This document shows positions 27,201 through 35,700 of a DNA stretch of 64,000 nucleotides, one piece after another. Within the stretch, counting starts at the first letter, position 1. Every line of letters starts with the position of its first letter. Under the pieces are notes generated by a model. The model was not told the origin of the DNA. It saw nothing but the letters and a program-made list of their open reading frames with translations, and made no database searches. This DNA is from Candidatus Aminicenantes bacterium (GTDB taxonomy: Bacteria; Acidobacteriota; Aminicenantia; UBA2199): the NCBI GenBank assembly GCA_026393835.1, contig JAPKZK010000111.1, positions 32,115-96,114 of the forward strand, in the 5' to 3' direction. Made by a program: the position numbers and the translations under genes.

Positions 27201-27531
27201 TCCCGCCGGAAAAGGTTTTCTCTACCTGGTAAATCCGGGTTTTGAAATAAACATCGTCAAAAAGGTTCAAAGAGAGGGGATATGATTCCGTGGGCACACC
27301 CGGGGCATCGGCCGCGGTTTCCAATTGGCATAATTGGTCCAGATCAACTCTTACGGCCCGTGAACGAAGCAACGGCGTGTTGTCTAAAACAGTCGCCTGT
27401 TCATATATCCCGGCAGCGGAAAAAAGTCCCGGTGGAAGGGGCTCTTCCGCTCTTATATTGAAAGTAACGAACAATAACGCGAAACATAGGGTAATGATGG
27501 TTTTTGATAATGATGTGTTTTTGCTTCTCAT
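24259..27531 (-). CDS. Secreted zinc metalloprotease (metzincin, reprolysin/M12B-like) with the same C-terminal module as the S8 protease
   Basis: 1090 aa with a signal peptide. Zinc site HEWGHNMGCAHD (HExxHxxGxxH), candidate Met-turn TIMAY. Three about 85-aa repeats (ITVVSPNGGETW ... VKIEYS ...), a BACON-like segment, two Ig-like domains and the conserved tail. Confidence 0.88.
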   Translation of the reverse strand: MRSKNTSLSKTIITLCFALLFVTFNIRAEEPLPPGLFSAAGIYEQATVLDNTPLLRSRAVRVDLDQLCQLETAADAPGVPTESYPLSLNLFDDVYFKTRIYQVEKTFSGGTSYVGFLEGIPGGEVVMVKNDGILSANINTGRHLYRVRYIAGDLHSVQELDHSRFPSELPPVPVDLKPADKQTDTPSDTGIYIDALVVYTADARIAAGGTAAMGTLIDLGITESNAGYSNSGVTQRLRLVHTAEVAYDETGFDWSTCLTRLQGKSDGYMDNVHTLRDTYRADEVALIVNQGAYCGIGYLMQTLSSSFEANAFCLVSIDCATGYYSLAHEWGHNMGCAHDRANAANAGVYDYSYGYQDPDEAFRTIMAYDCPGGCPRVNYWSNPDKTYGGKPMGVVYTDPLAADNRKSLNNTLGTVRNFRQEISTSSITVVSPNGGETWAAGSTQTIFWTSTGSISNVKIEYSTNSGSTWTTVISSTANDGSHSWKIPTVSSTKCKVRIKEASGGTPTDNSNAVFSIVTSTTPTITVTSPNGGETLVVGASHTITWSTTGTVGNVKIQYSTNNGSSWTNIVTSTANDGSHKWTVPSKPSTQCLIKILEASDSSPADTSNTVFTISTTSGSKISLNRTKFYYGAIVGGTNTGGQTLRIDNSSGGTLSWSISDNASWLSGAPTSGSGAGVVTLSVNTAGLVAGTYTGTVTVTATGASNSPQTVSVTLTVKSSASDQSPFGEFATPVNGSYVSSSVPVTGWALDDIDVANVKIYNGSTYIGDAVFVEGARADVAAAYSTNPKNYQAGWGYMLLTHFLPNHGNGTYTLYAKVTDSAGHVVTLGSKTVYCNNADAVKPFGAIDTPTQGGSASGSSYANFGWVLTPQPNKIPTNGSTIEVYIDSQKKGTVTYNQYRSDIASLFPGYGNSNGAAGSFNFNTTGYSNGIHTIFWIVTDNGGNADGIGSRFFIVQNTGADMDRRGSAEFSACSPVFDSFSPIDDTLSLLPDLNGPVTVIKGYRKDAAPQTVYPGDNGITNIVIHELERVVIDFGVVVQPLKSLPIGSTLDREKGVFYWNPGPGFIGNYELVFIDSEENRAKRVNINILPK

Positions 27532-27560
27532 TTTAATCTCCTATTTAAAGAAAAGATATT

Positions 27561-27660
27561 AATGATGAATGATGAGTGATGAGTGATGATGAAGGACTTT
27601 AAGAGAATTAATTCCAATCCCAATAAGAAATATTTTTTCATCATTCATCATTCATCATTC
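27561..27660. repeat. Structured repeat H1: heptanucleotide-microsatellite hairpin (TGATGAR arms, about 40-nt AT-rich loop)
   Basis: Left arm aatgatgaatgatgagtgatgagtgatgatgaagg (27561-27595). Right arm ttcatcattcatcattcatcattc (27637-27660). It abuts the GT2 stop codon. The reverse complement of H1 aligns with H2, loop included. Confidence 0.85.
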
Positions 27661-29456
27661 TATTTCGTTTCCTGTCTTTTTCTGATCACAACTGCATACA
27701 CCTGGCTGCGCCAACCCAATTCAAGGATGTGCGGGCCCCGGGGGATATATATCTTTTCCCCGGCGCAGAAATTCATTATAAACATTTTATTTTTTTTGTC
27801 AACTTTCAGCGCCGGTTTTATAAGCTGACCGTCCAGGTATAGCGTGCGGTCCGACTTTCTCTTAATCAATCCCAGCAAATGAATATCATAATACCCCGGT
27901 TCAGATAGATAGAAACCATATTCCATATAAATCTTTTCCGGGGTATGTTTGTCTCGTGGGGGTGGACGCAAACGCCAGGATATGATGTCGTTCCCGGGAC
28001 TCCCGGGATTCACGGGACTATTACCCGTATTACCCGGACCCAGGAAGGCATAATTCACGCGCAGCGAATAGACGTCCAACAGCGGCGCACCCTGCGCCAT
28101 CAGCGTGGTATTAAAAGGTACGGCGCGGGCAAGGATTTCCGCGTCATGGACGCCGGAAATTTTTCGCTGCCGCTGCAGCCGCCGTCTTTTAACGCAAAGC
28201 CCCGGCAAGGAAAGAAAAAACCGGCAGTAACCGCGGAGGTAAGCCCCCACCAGGGAGAAATTCCTTCTCTTCAGATAGATCGATGTACTCTTGATATCTT
28301 CCAGGAAGTAGTTAAATAGGAACCGCCGGATCGTTTTACGTTCCAGGTTTTTCAAAGAAAAGTACAGGCGGTTGCCCACGATAAAGCGAATTTTAAAGGC
28401 CATGCTTTTAAGGCCCATGGAAGCGCCGAATTTATGATATACGATCGCCCGGGGGGCGGTTTCGATGGAGCGCCCGTACAATTGCGCCCGGAAACTCCAG
28501 TCCATGTCTTCATAATAGAATTTGTAACGCGGGTCCAGCAGACCGATTGTGTCCAGCGCTTCCCGGTTCAGCAGCACCGCGCCGAAGCAAGCGGACATCG
28601 GCTCTTTAAATTCATCCAACTGGCCCAAATCGACGCAGCCGATAAAATTATCCGAGCCCCATGAAATAGGATAAAGCGAATTACCCATGGCGTTGATAAA
28701 CGCCCGGTTATTGAAAAACTTCATTTTGGGTACAACGGCCGCCCATTTCTTAGCCCCGGCGTCATGGGCGTCCCCGGAGAAGGAGAGCGCCGCCGCCTTC
28801 TTCGCCAGGTGAAAAAGGGCGTTCTCATCCAATACGGTATCGTTGTTCAAAACCAATAGCCACTGCCCCCGGGCTTCGTGGATGCCCCTATTCACCCCGG
28901 CCGCAAACCCCGTATTACTTTTCAACTCCAGCAGCCGGACTTCGGGATAATGCGCCTTCACCCATTGCCGGGAATTATCCGTCGAACGATTGTCCACCAT
29001 AACGATCTCATGATTCGTATACGTTTGCCGTTTCAATGAACCCAGCAGGTCCGGCAAATGCCGGTCGCCGTTATAATTGACAATAACGATCGATATTAAA
29101 GGAGACTTTTCTAATTTCCCATCATCAATTTCCGCTTTCCCTGTCTGTTCATCATTTTTATTAGATAAAACCCCCACCCGGACAAATACCTTTAAAAGAA
29201 TTTCCAATAAACCCGAGGAAACCATCTTCAAGCGGTCGAGTTCCGCGAAAGTACACCCATCGGCCATGGCCAGGAATTCCAAAACATCATATACGGGCTT
29301 ATCCAGGAAAATCTTACCGCCGCCGGCGTTATCCAGGAAATACTCCGTGACCTCTACCCCATTATGCGGTCTCTCGATGGTTTCCAACCGCCAATCGTCA
29401 GACCAGGAAAAAAAATCGTTACCCGTCACGGCCCAAAACCTCCCGGTAAAAATCAT
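27660..29456 (-). CDS. Family 2 glycosyltransferase with N- and C-terminal extensions
   Basis: 598 aa. GT2 core ISIVIVNYNGDRHLPDLLGSLKRQTYTNHEIVMVDNRSTDNS ... NTGFAAGVNRG ... LNNDTV. Confidence 0.85.
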   Translation of the reverse strand: MIFTGRFWAVTGNDFFSWSDDWRLETIERPHNGVEVTEYFLDNAGGGKIFLDKPVYDVLEFLAMADGCTFAELDRLKMVSSGLLEILLKVFVRVGVLSNKNDEQTGKAEIDDGKLEKSPLISIVIVNYNGDRHLPDLLGSLKRQTYTNHEIVMVDNRSTDNSRQWVKAHYPEVRLLELKSNTGFAAGVNRGIHEARGQWLLVLNNDTVLDENALFHLAKKAAALSFSGDAHDAGAKKWAAVVPKMKFFNNRAFINAMGNSLYPISWGSDNFIGCVDLGQLDEFKEPMSACFGAVLLNREALDTIGLLDPRYKFYYEDMDWSFRAQLYGRSIETAPRAIVYHKFGASMGLKSMAFKIRFIVGNRLYFSLKNLERKTIRRFLFNYFLEDIKSTSIYLKRRNFSLVGAYLRGYCRFFLSLPGLCVKRRRLQRQRKISGVHDAEILARAVPFNTTLMAQGAPLLDVYSLRVNYAFLGPGNTGNSPVNPGSPGNDIISWRLRPPPRDKHTPEKIYMEYGFYLSEPGYYDIHLLGLIKRKSDRTLYLDGQLIKPALKVDKKNKMFIMNFCAGEKIYIPRGPHILELGWRSQVYAVVIRKRQETK

Positions 29457-30678
29457 GGTACTGCTTCCCCACCACCTGGCGGGAATACTTATTCATCAAT
29501 TTTTCAAACCCCTTATGGCCCAGTTTTTTTCGCAAATCCGGGTCCGCGATCAATTCTTTCAGCGCCTCCGCCAATTCCAGCGGGTTCTTATAATCCACCA
29601 GCAGCCCCGTTTCATACTCCTCCACCAGGCTCATGGTGGCATGGATGCGGCAGGCCACCACCGGTTTCCTATGCTTCCATGCCTCCAGGATAGTAATGCC
29701 GAAAGACTCGAAACCGGAGGGCGTGGCAAAGATGTCGCAGCCCGCCAATATATCGTTCTTCATGACCTCGTCGATATTCTCCAGGAAAAACACCCGGGCG
29801 CCGCCGGGACCGGGGTCTATGAACCCCGCCAACTCCTTCAAAAGACCGCTGAAAGGTGAAGTCCCCCCGGCAATAATCAGCCGCGCCCCGGGGAAACATT
29901 GCCACACCGGGGGCATGGCCAGGAGAAGCGTCTCGATTCCCTTATGCAGCCCATGCTGACCGACGAATGCAATCATGGGCGCGGCGTTCGCAATACCCAG
30001 TTCCTGCCGGATGCCCTTCCTACCCGTGGGCGCCGGCTTTATCCCCGTATCCACCCCGACGCCGATGACCCGTATCTTTTTCTCATCGATGCCCCGGCAA
30101 TGCACCAGGTAATCTTTCTCATGCTGCGTCAGGGCCACATAACCCGCCGCCCGTTCGATGTTTTTAATAATCCTGCGATTGTCGTAACCATGCCGGTCCG
30201 CCGTATGAATACACCCGATCAACACCACCGGTTTCTTACCCCGGTTCTTAAAAACATAATTGGTATGGTTCAACGGAAACGGGGCCGCCGCGATAATATC
30301 CGCGTCGCTGTCTTTTATCGCCTTTTTCATTAACGGCGAAATCGGGCCGTAAAAAAGCATGCGCAACCTGCCGTTCCCCCACAACCGCAGCCGGTAAAAA
30401 ACAAATTGAAGAAAATACAAAAATCGCCCCCAACGGTTCCGCACCGGGAAACGCCTGATTTTAACCCCGTTCAACGTTTCTTCCCGTTTCTCCGCCGGCA
30501 GGCTCGGCGCATGCGGGTCGGTGAACAACCCCGTGTTGTAGGCAAAGGTCGTAAACACCGTCACATCTTCTTTAGCGTCGTTGGCCAAATACTCCGATAC
30601 CTGCTGCACCAGGAACTCCGTGCCCCCAACCGCCGGCTCATAAGCATGCACCACATGTAAAATCTTCATTATTGTCAC
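29419..30678 (-). CDS. GT-B glycosyltransferase (family 4 / GT1-type)
   Basis: 419 aa. MKILHVVHAYEPAVGGTE start; C-terminal FATPSGFESFGITILEAWKHRKPVVA (E-x7-E region). Confidence 0.85.
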   Translation of the reverse strand: MTIMKILHVVHAYEPAVGGTEFLVQQVSEYLANDAKEDVTVFTTFAYNTGLFTDPHAPSLPAEKREETLNGVKIRRFPVRNRWGRFLYFLQFVFYRLRLWGNGRLRMLFYGPISPLMKKAIKDSDADIIAAAPFPLNHTNYVFKNRGKKPVVLIGCIHTADRHGYDNRRIIKNIERAAGYVALTQHEKDYLVHCRGIDEKKIRVIGVGVDTGIKPAPTGRKGIRQELGIANAAPMIAFVGQHGLHKGIETLLLAMPPVWQCFPGARLIIAGGTSPFSGLLKELAGFIDPGPGGARVFFLENIDEVMKNDILAGCDIFATPSGFESFGITILEAWKHRKPVVACRIHATMSLVEEYETGLLVDYKNPLELAEALKELIADPDLRKKLGHKGFEKLMNKYSRQVVGKQYHDFYREVLGRDG

Positions 30679-30682
30679 TTAC

Positions 30683-31420
30683 CTATCGTTCAAAGGAGGC
30701 AATGGCCGCCAGGTGATAATACAACTTGCTGCCCGACAAATTAAAAAACTGCCCGAACTCCGTAACCTTTACATACGGGAAATAATCCCTTAAAAACCGC
30801 TCCAACATCCCCCCCGTGAAAAAGTTGACGTGCGTCCCATCCAAGAAATGATGCATCACAAGATTATGTTCCACGCAATCCTTCATGGGTCCGAGATTCG
30901 GAACCGATACGATCAAGTTTTTCCGCGCCACCCGGACAATTTCCGCCAACGCCCCATAAGGGTCGTCCAAATGCTCCAATACTTCCAACATGATAACCGT
31001 ATCGAAACTCTTGTCCGGGAACTCCAACTTCTCCGCCCGCATATGAAACGCATTCACATACTTAGCCGCTTCCGCCGCATACCCCTCATCCCCCTCGATG
31101 CCCGTATATTCGAACCCCTTTTTAAGCAGTTCCCGGCCATAAACCCCATGTCCACAGCCGATGTCCAATATACTCTTCCCCGCATATGTTTCGATTATTT
31201 CCAGTATCTCGCCCGAAGGCATAGTAACCGGTGGACCCGGGGCGTAAAGGTCCCCCCGGTGCAGCATCGGCGTTTTCTTTTCTTCATGGGCATTAAAAAA
31301 ATCCCGGTAAATCGTTTTCATTACTTCGTTGCGAATAACCCGCGGCCGCCCCATTTGCCTGCGCCGCTTCCACCAACCCGGCAGTTTAGCTACCTTTGAT
31401 ATTAAGAGTTTGAGTTGCAT
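30683..31420 (-). CDS. Class I SAM-dependent methyltransferase
   Basis: 245 aa. Motif I ILDIGCGHGVYG; FDTVIMLEVLEHL. Confidence 0.8.
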   Translation of the reverse strand: MQLKLLISKVAKLPGWWKRRRQMGRPRVIRNEVMKTIYRDFFNAHEEKKTPMLHRGDLYAPGPPVTMPSGEILEIIETYAGKSILDIGCGHGVYGRELLKKGFEYTGIEGDEGYAAEAAKYVNAFHMRAEKLEFPDKSFDTVIMLEVLEHLDDPYGALAEIVRVARKNLIVSVPNLGPMKDCVEHNLVMHHFLDGTHVNFFTGGMLERFLRDYFPYVKVTEFGQFFNLSGSKLYYHLAAIASFER

Positions 31421-31452
31421 TGTTTATTGCCTCCGGCGGGCAAGGGTAACTA

Positions 31453-31564
31453 GAATGATGAATTATGAATGATGAATGATGATAAATATATTTTGATGGG
31501 ATTAAATTTATTTTCTTTTCGTTTTTCTTCATCATTCATCGTTCATCATTCATCATTCATCATT
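31453..31564. repeat. Structured repeat H2: inverted copy of H1
   Basis: Left arm gaatgatgaattatgaatgatgaatgatgat (31453-31483). Right arm cttcatcattcatcgttcatcattcatcattcatcatt (31527-31564). The loop ...tgatgggattaaatttattttctttt matches the reverse complement of the H1 loop ...tattgggattggaattaattctctt. Confidence 0.85.
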
Positions 31565-31610
31565 TTTTCCCTGGTACCCCAAAAACTTTTGATCATGGGT
31601 CCACTTTAAA

Positions 31611-31647
31611 GGAAAGTTTACCACAAAAAGGAGTAAAAGGAAACATA
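31611..31647 (-). promoter_or_regulatory. Copy 1 of a 37-nt element shared by the upstream regions of both glycan operons
   Basis: ggaaagtttaccacaaaaaggagtaaaaggaaacata is identical at 47739-47775. The minus strand reads ...TTTTTGTGGTAAACT..., an extended -10-like TGnTAAACT. Confidence 0.6.
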
Positions 31648-31669
31648 ATTGCGGGCGTCTCTAAAAGGG

Positions 31670-31698
31670 TTGACTTTTCAGCGGTTTAATAATATTAT
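31670..31698 (+). promoter_or_regulatory. Candidate promoter of the DUF433/DUF5615 pair
   Basis: TTGACT (31670-31675), 17-nt spacer, TATTAT (31693-31698). Confidence 0.5.
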
Positions 31699-31737
31699 TT
31701 TAGGGAAGTTTCAATTGAAACTTTGCGGAGGTTTTTA

Positions 31738-31962
31738 ATGATTTTTGAAAATAATATATGTATCGACGCGAAAATAAGGGGTGGAAAGCCAATAATAAAA
31801 GGAACACGAGTTCCTGTAGATTTAATTCTCGGCAAATTGGCCGGCGGCATGACTTATGAAGAAGTTCGGACGGAGTACGATATCACGCAAAAAGATATAC
31901 TTGCTGCTCTTGAATATGCATCTTTATATATTGCCGATGAAGAGATAAAAGTAGTTGCTTGA
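31738..31962 (+). CDS. DUF433-family protein (putative antitoxin)
   Basis: GGKPIIKGTRVPVDLILGKLAGGMTYEEVRTEYDITQKDILAALEYA matches the DUF433 pattern. Start moved to the ATG at 31738, 6 nt after GGAGG. Confidence 0.75.
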   Translation: MIFENNICIDAKIRGGKPIIKGTRVPVDLILGKLAGGMTYEEVRTEYDITQKDILAALEYASLYIADEEIKVVA

Positions 31963-31995
31963 GAGATTTTCTATGGTATACCGAGAGAGTCGCCA

Positions 31996-32361
31996 GTGAT
32001 TAAATTTTTAGTTGATGAAGATATGCCCCGTTCAACTGCTCGAATGTTAAGAGAGATGGGATTTATCGCTCTTGATGTAAGAGATTGTGGGTTGAGAGGA
32101 AAAACCGATGAAGAAATTTTTGAATATGCACAAAAAGATGGGGCAATAATTTTAACCGCGGATAGAGGAATTGGAAGTACATTGAGGTTCCCCCTGGGAA
32201 CTCATTGTGGAATTGTAGTTGCAAATTTTCCCAGTGAAATTTCTACCACTGATTTAAATATTCAAATTCATAGGGCTCTCCTTGAGCTTCCCGGAGAGGA
32301 TTTAATAAACAACCTGGTCATTATTGAGCCGAAAAAGATTCGAATTAGAAGATACAGGTAA
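31996..32361 (+). CDS. DUF5615-family PIN-like protein (putative toxin)
   Basis: 121 aa, GTG start. FLVDEDMP ... GLRGKTDEEIFEYAQKDGAIILTADRG matches the DUF5615 acidic-residue pattern. Confidence 0.7.
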   Translation: MIKFLVDEDMPRSTARMLREMGFIALDVRDCGLRGKTDEEIFEYAQKDGAIILTADRGIGSTLRFPLGTHCGIVVANFPSEISTTDLNIQIHRALLELPGEDLINNLVIIEPKKIRIRRYR

Positions 32362-32475
32362 GTACTCGCCGCCCTGGAAAGTTTGTTCGCCACTTTCCAA
32401 AGTATTCTCCTTGCAGCCCCCAATTTGGTTTATTTCCAGGATAGTTAGTTGTATCAATATTCTTAGATCATTGCC

Positions 32476-32533
32476 TTTTTTTTTGGTCCGTGTCTGTCCG
32501 TGTCCGTCCGTGTTCGTCCGTGGCCCTTTTTTT
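32476..32533. repeat. T9-(GTCCGT-rich tract)-T7 element
   Basis: ggtccgtgtctgtccgtgtccgtccgtgttcgtccgtgg (32485-32523) flanked by T-runs. The 13-mer gtccgtgttcgtc (32506-32518) is the exact reverse complement of window positions 1-13. Confidence 0.7.
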
Positions 32534-32563
32534 CGGGTTTCGAATTTCGGATTTATTATTAGG

Positions 32564-32593
32564 TGGTTGATTATGGGACAGGCCGAATTTCAC
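32564..32593 (+). repeat. Direct repeat R, copy 1 (left of the SIR2-STAND gene)
   Basis: tggttgattatgggacaggccgaatttcac, 30 nt with 1 mismatch to 40649-40678. Confidence 0.85.
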
Positions 32594-32645
32594 CACCTCT
32601 TTTTGCCACAACTGCCGCAGTCATTTCCGCGCCTGCCCTGGTCTA

Positions 32646-32674
32646 TAGACTTTAAACTCATTTTCGTCTATAAT
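32646..32674 (+). promoter_or_regulatory. Candidate promoter of the two-gene STAND/nuclease operon
   Basis: TAGACT (32646-32651), 17-nt spacer, TATAAT (32669-32674); about 60 nt upstream of the TTG start. Confidence 0.45.
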
Positions 32675-32733
32675 TCCTGTATGGAAAAAGCATTAAATAA
32701 AGTACCCGGCCCTACTTTACCCGGAGGTGGGTT

Positions 32734-35700
32734 TTGAATATCCGGCAAGCGGTTCCTCTCCTGGTGGAGAGATTAAGGCAGCAAAAAGTCATTCTTTTCG
32801 TGGGCGCGGGGTTATCACAGGGATCGGGTCTCCCCGGCTGGAAAAAATTGTTCGAGCCTTTCTGCAAAAAACTGGACTGCCCCGATGAAGAAAATTTCCC
32901 TGCCGTGGCCACCACCCTGATCCAGGAACGAATTCATAACCGCAAAGAGATTATCGAACATATCGTGAAACAAATCGGCGCCGTCACCCTGGAACTGAAC
33001 CCCAATCATGATTTAATCAAACGCCTTCCTTTCAAAATCATTATAACCACCAATTACGACAACCTGCTGGAAGACCTTTACGGCCCCTCCAGGCTCACGC
33101 GGATATACTCGGATGAGAACATGGCTTATTTCGATCCCCATTCCGCCAAAAAGCAATTGATCTATTTGCACGGCGATATCAACCACCCGGACCATATGGT
33201 GGTTTCCAGTATCGACTACCAGAACTTTGCCGATACCCGACCCATCATGGTGGAGCGGTTGAAAACCCTGCTGCAGGATTATACTTTCCTGTTTATCGGC
33301 TACAGCGCCGGCGACCCCAACTTGCAGGCGGTTTTCGATCATTTCCGGATAACTTATAAAGAAAACGCCAACCGCCACTTTATCGTCATGGCAGACCCCG
33401 GCAAAGTCAAACAGACCGAACTCTCCACCCGCTTTGGCATCGAACCGGTCATCCTCAAGGATAAGACGGAATTAACCTCTTTTTTACATGCGTTGTCCGA
33501 TGCTTATGAAAACCCGGACCGGGCAACGGCCCCCGGCCAGGGAGAAGAAGCAAAGGTTCCGGGAGACGGGGAAACCGGATTTGTCGATGATTTCATTAAA
33601 GCCCGCGGCCAAAAAAAAACCGGGGCGCCGCCGTCCCCTACGCCCATGCCCCTGGATTTCCAGCCGCTGAAGCCCTTTAACGTACCCGGGGCAGACCCCC
33701 ATTTTACCGGGCGGGAAAAGGAGTTGGAGGTGCTGCAAAAAGCCTTGCTGGATAAACAAACCGTGGCGGTTACCGGGTTGTTCGGAATGGGGGGAATCGG
33801 TAAAACCAGCCTGGCCAAACAGGTGGCGCACCAATTCCACCGGGATGGTTACTTTAAAGACGGGATATGCTGGCACCGCCTGGAGGCCAAAACATTACCC
33901 GTTTCCCTGGAAGAGATGGCCGATGTCTTCGGGGCAGCCTGGTTAAAAGAGATAAAACCGCTGGAAACCCAGGCCAGGTATTTCCAGGCCGTGATCCAGG
34001 ACCTGGATATCCTGTTTGTCCTTGACAATGCCGAATACCTGGAGAATATCCCGCCCCTGCTGGACCTGCTGCGGAACCATTCCATCCTCATCACCAGCCG
34101 GCGCCACCTGGCCGGGCTGGCTGGAGTCATAGACCTCCACCGGCTGGATGGTGAACAATCCATGCAGCTCTTTATCAAAACCTGGAAAAAGAAGGACCGG
34201 GAAGAGGAGATCAAGCACATCGCGGCTGCGTTGTCTCCTCAAGAGTTGGTGGTATTACATTCGGTATGTACCGGGTTGCTGGGTAATTTGCCGCTGGCCA
34301 TTACCATTGCCGCCAGTGTCTTGCGGTACAAAAAGATCGACATTATCGCTTTTCAAAAACTCCTGGCGGAGAAACAATTGAGTCTGCTGCAGGACCCCAA
34401 TAATGTATACAAGACCGAGGAAAAAGATCGTAATGTCCGGCTCTCCTTTGATTTTTCCTTCGGCCTACTCCCTGCCGATGGGTTGGAGCAGTCGTTGTTT
34501 GTCGTCATGGGTATTTTCGGCGGCGAGGATTTTAGCCGGGAGGCATTGGTGGAGATTTTCAAAGAGGAGAATAAAGAAGCCATCGACAGCGGGGTGGAAA
34601 TATTGGAACAGCTTTCCATGGTGCAGGTTAGAGCAAACCAACGGTTCTATCTCCATCCCTTGCTGCGGCAATATGCCCTGGAAAAACTCCCGGAATTCAA
34701 AGGCGATGCGGCGTATGAAGCCATGGCCGGTTATTACCTGGACCTGGTTAAAAACAATCCCCAGGCCCTGCATTATGAATGGAAGAACGCCTTACCTTTC
34801 GTGGACTGGTGCCTGGCCCACTCCAGGGAAAAAGACGGCCTCTTTCTGATTAAAAAAATCGATTGGTTTCTTTATGAGACCGGCCAATGGAGCGGCCGGG
34901 AAGAATGGCTGAAAAAAGGCATAGATATAGCAAGCCGCATTGAGGATGTGTCCGAACTATATTCTTTTACTGAAAGAATGCAAGATTTGTATGGCAGGCA
35001 GGGGAGATTATCAGAGCAAAAGGAAGTATCTCACTCGCTGTCTAATTACTGCCGCGGGTTCAAACAACTGGAGAGTTACATCCCCTGGATTAATTATACA
35101 TTGGCAGCTTCTTTTCTTGATTCCCATGAAATAGAGAAAGCCTATTATGCCAATCTAAAGAACATGAAAGATTCGCTGTTTTATGGACAGAAAACGACAA
35201 TCGGCGCTAGTTATCAAAATCTGGGCAATATATGCTGGCGAACTGGTCTTCCCCGGAGGGCATTGCAGTTCTACCGGGCAAGTCTGGTGATTGCTGAAAA
35301 ACTCAGCACTCTAAAAACAAATAAAACCAGGGCCGTCGGTGATGTGAGTGATATCTACCTGGACATGGGCCAATGGACCGAAGCGCTGGAATGGTTAAAA
35401 CGATATGAGAGCGAGCTGGCTGAAAATCCGCATAAGGAACTGGAAGCCGATTTGTATGAAAAATATTTCTTTTACTATCTTGGAACCGGGGATACCGGGA
35501 AAGCCCAGGATTATTTAGATAAATACAAAGAGACCGGCACGGAATTCGGTAAGGTTACCTCTTCGGCAAAATTATTTTATTATGAAGGTCTGCTGGAAAA
35601 AGTAGGGGGCCATCATGAAAAGGCTATCTCTATTTTTGAAAAAGCATTGCAATTCTACCGAGATATCCGGCGGGAAGACGAAACCGGGAAGTGCTTTCTT

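Noticed and set aside
27583-27828. 81-aa ORF (MMMKDFKRIN...)
   Set aside because: It starts inside the TGATGA microsatellite arm, runs through the hairpin loop, and then lies antisense to the GT2 gene.
29077-29859. 260-aa ORF, and similar long ORFs at 30830-31399, 45733-46248, 46288-47169, 51768-52376, 5848-6390, 53632-54147 and 26086-26556
   Set aside because: All lie antisense to, or out of frame within, genes with clear family motifs. Their translations are low-complexity (Arg/Pro/His-rich) and lack RBS context, so they are shadow ORFs.
32324-32737. 137-aa ORF, or a 54-aa upstream ORF from the ATG at 32573 ending in a TTGA overlap with the giant gene start
   Set aside because: The ATG lies inside repeat R, and the second R copy has CTG at that position, so the repeat is not conserved as a coding start. 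There is no RBS. The ORF also runs through the GTCCGT tract and the candidate promoter.
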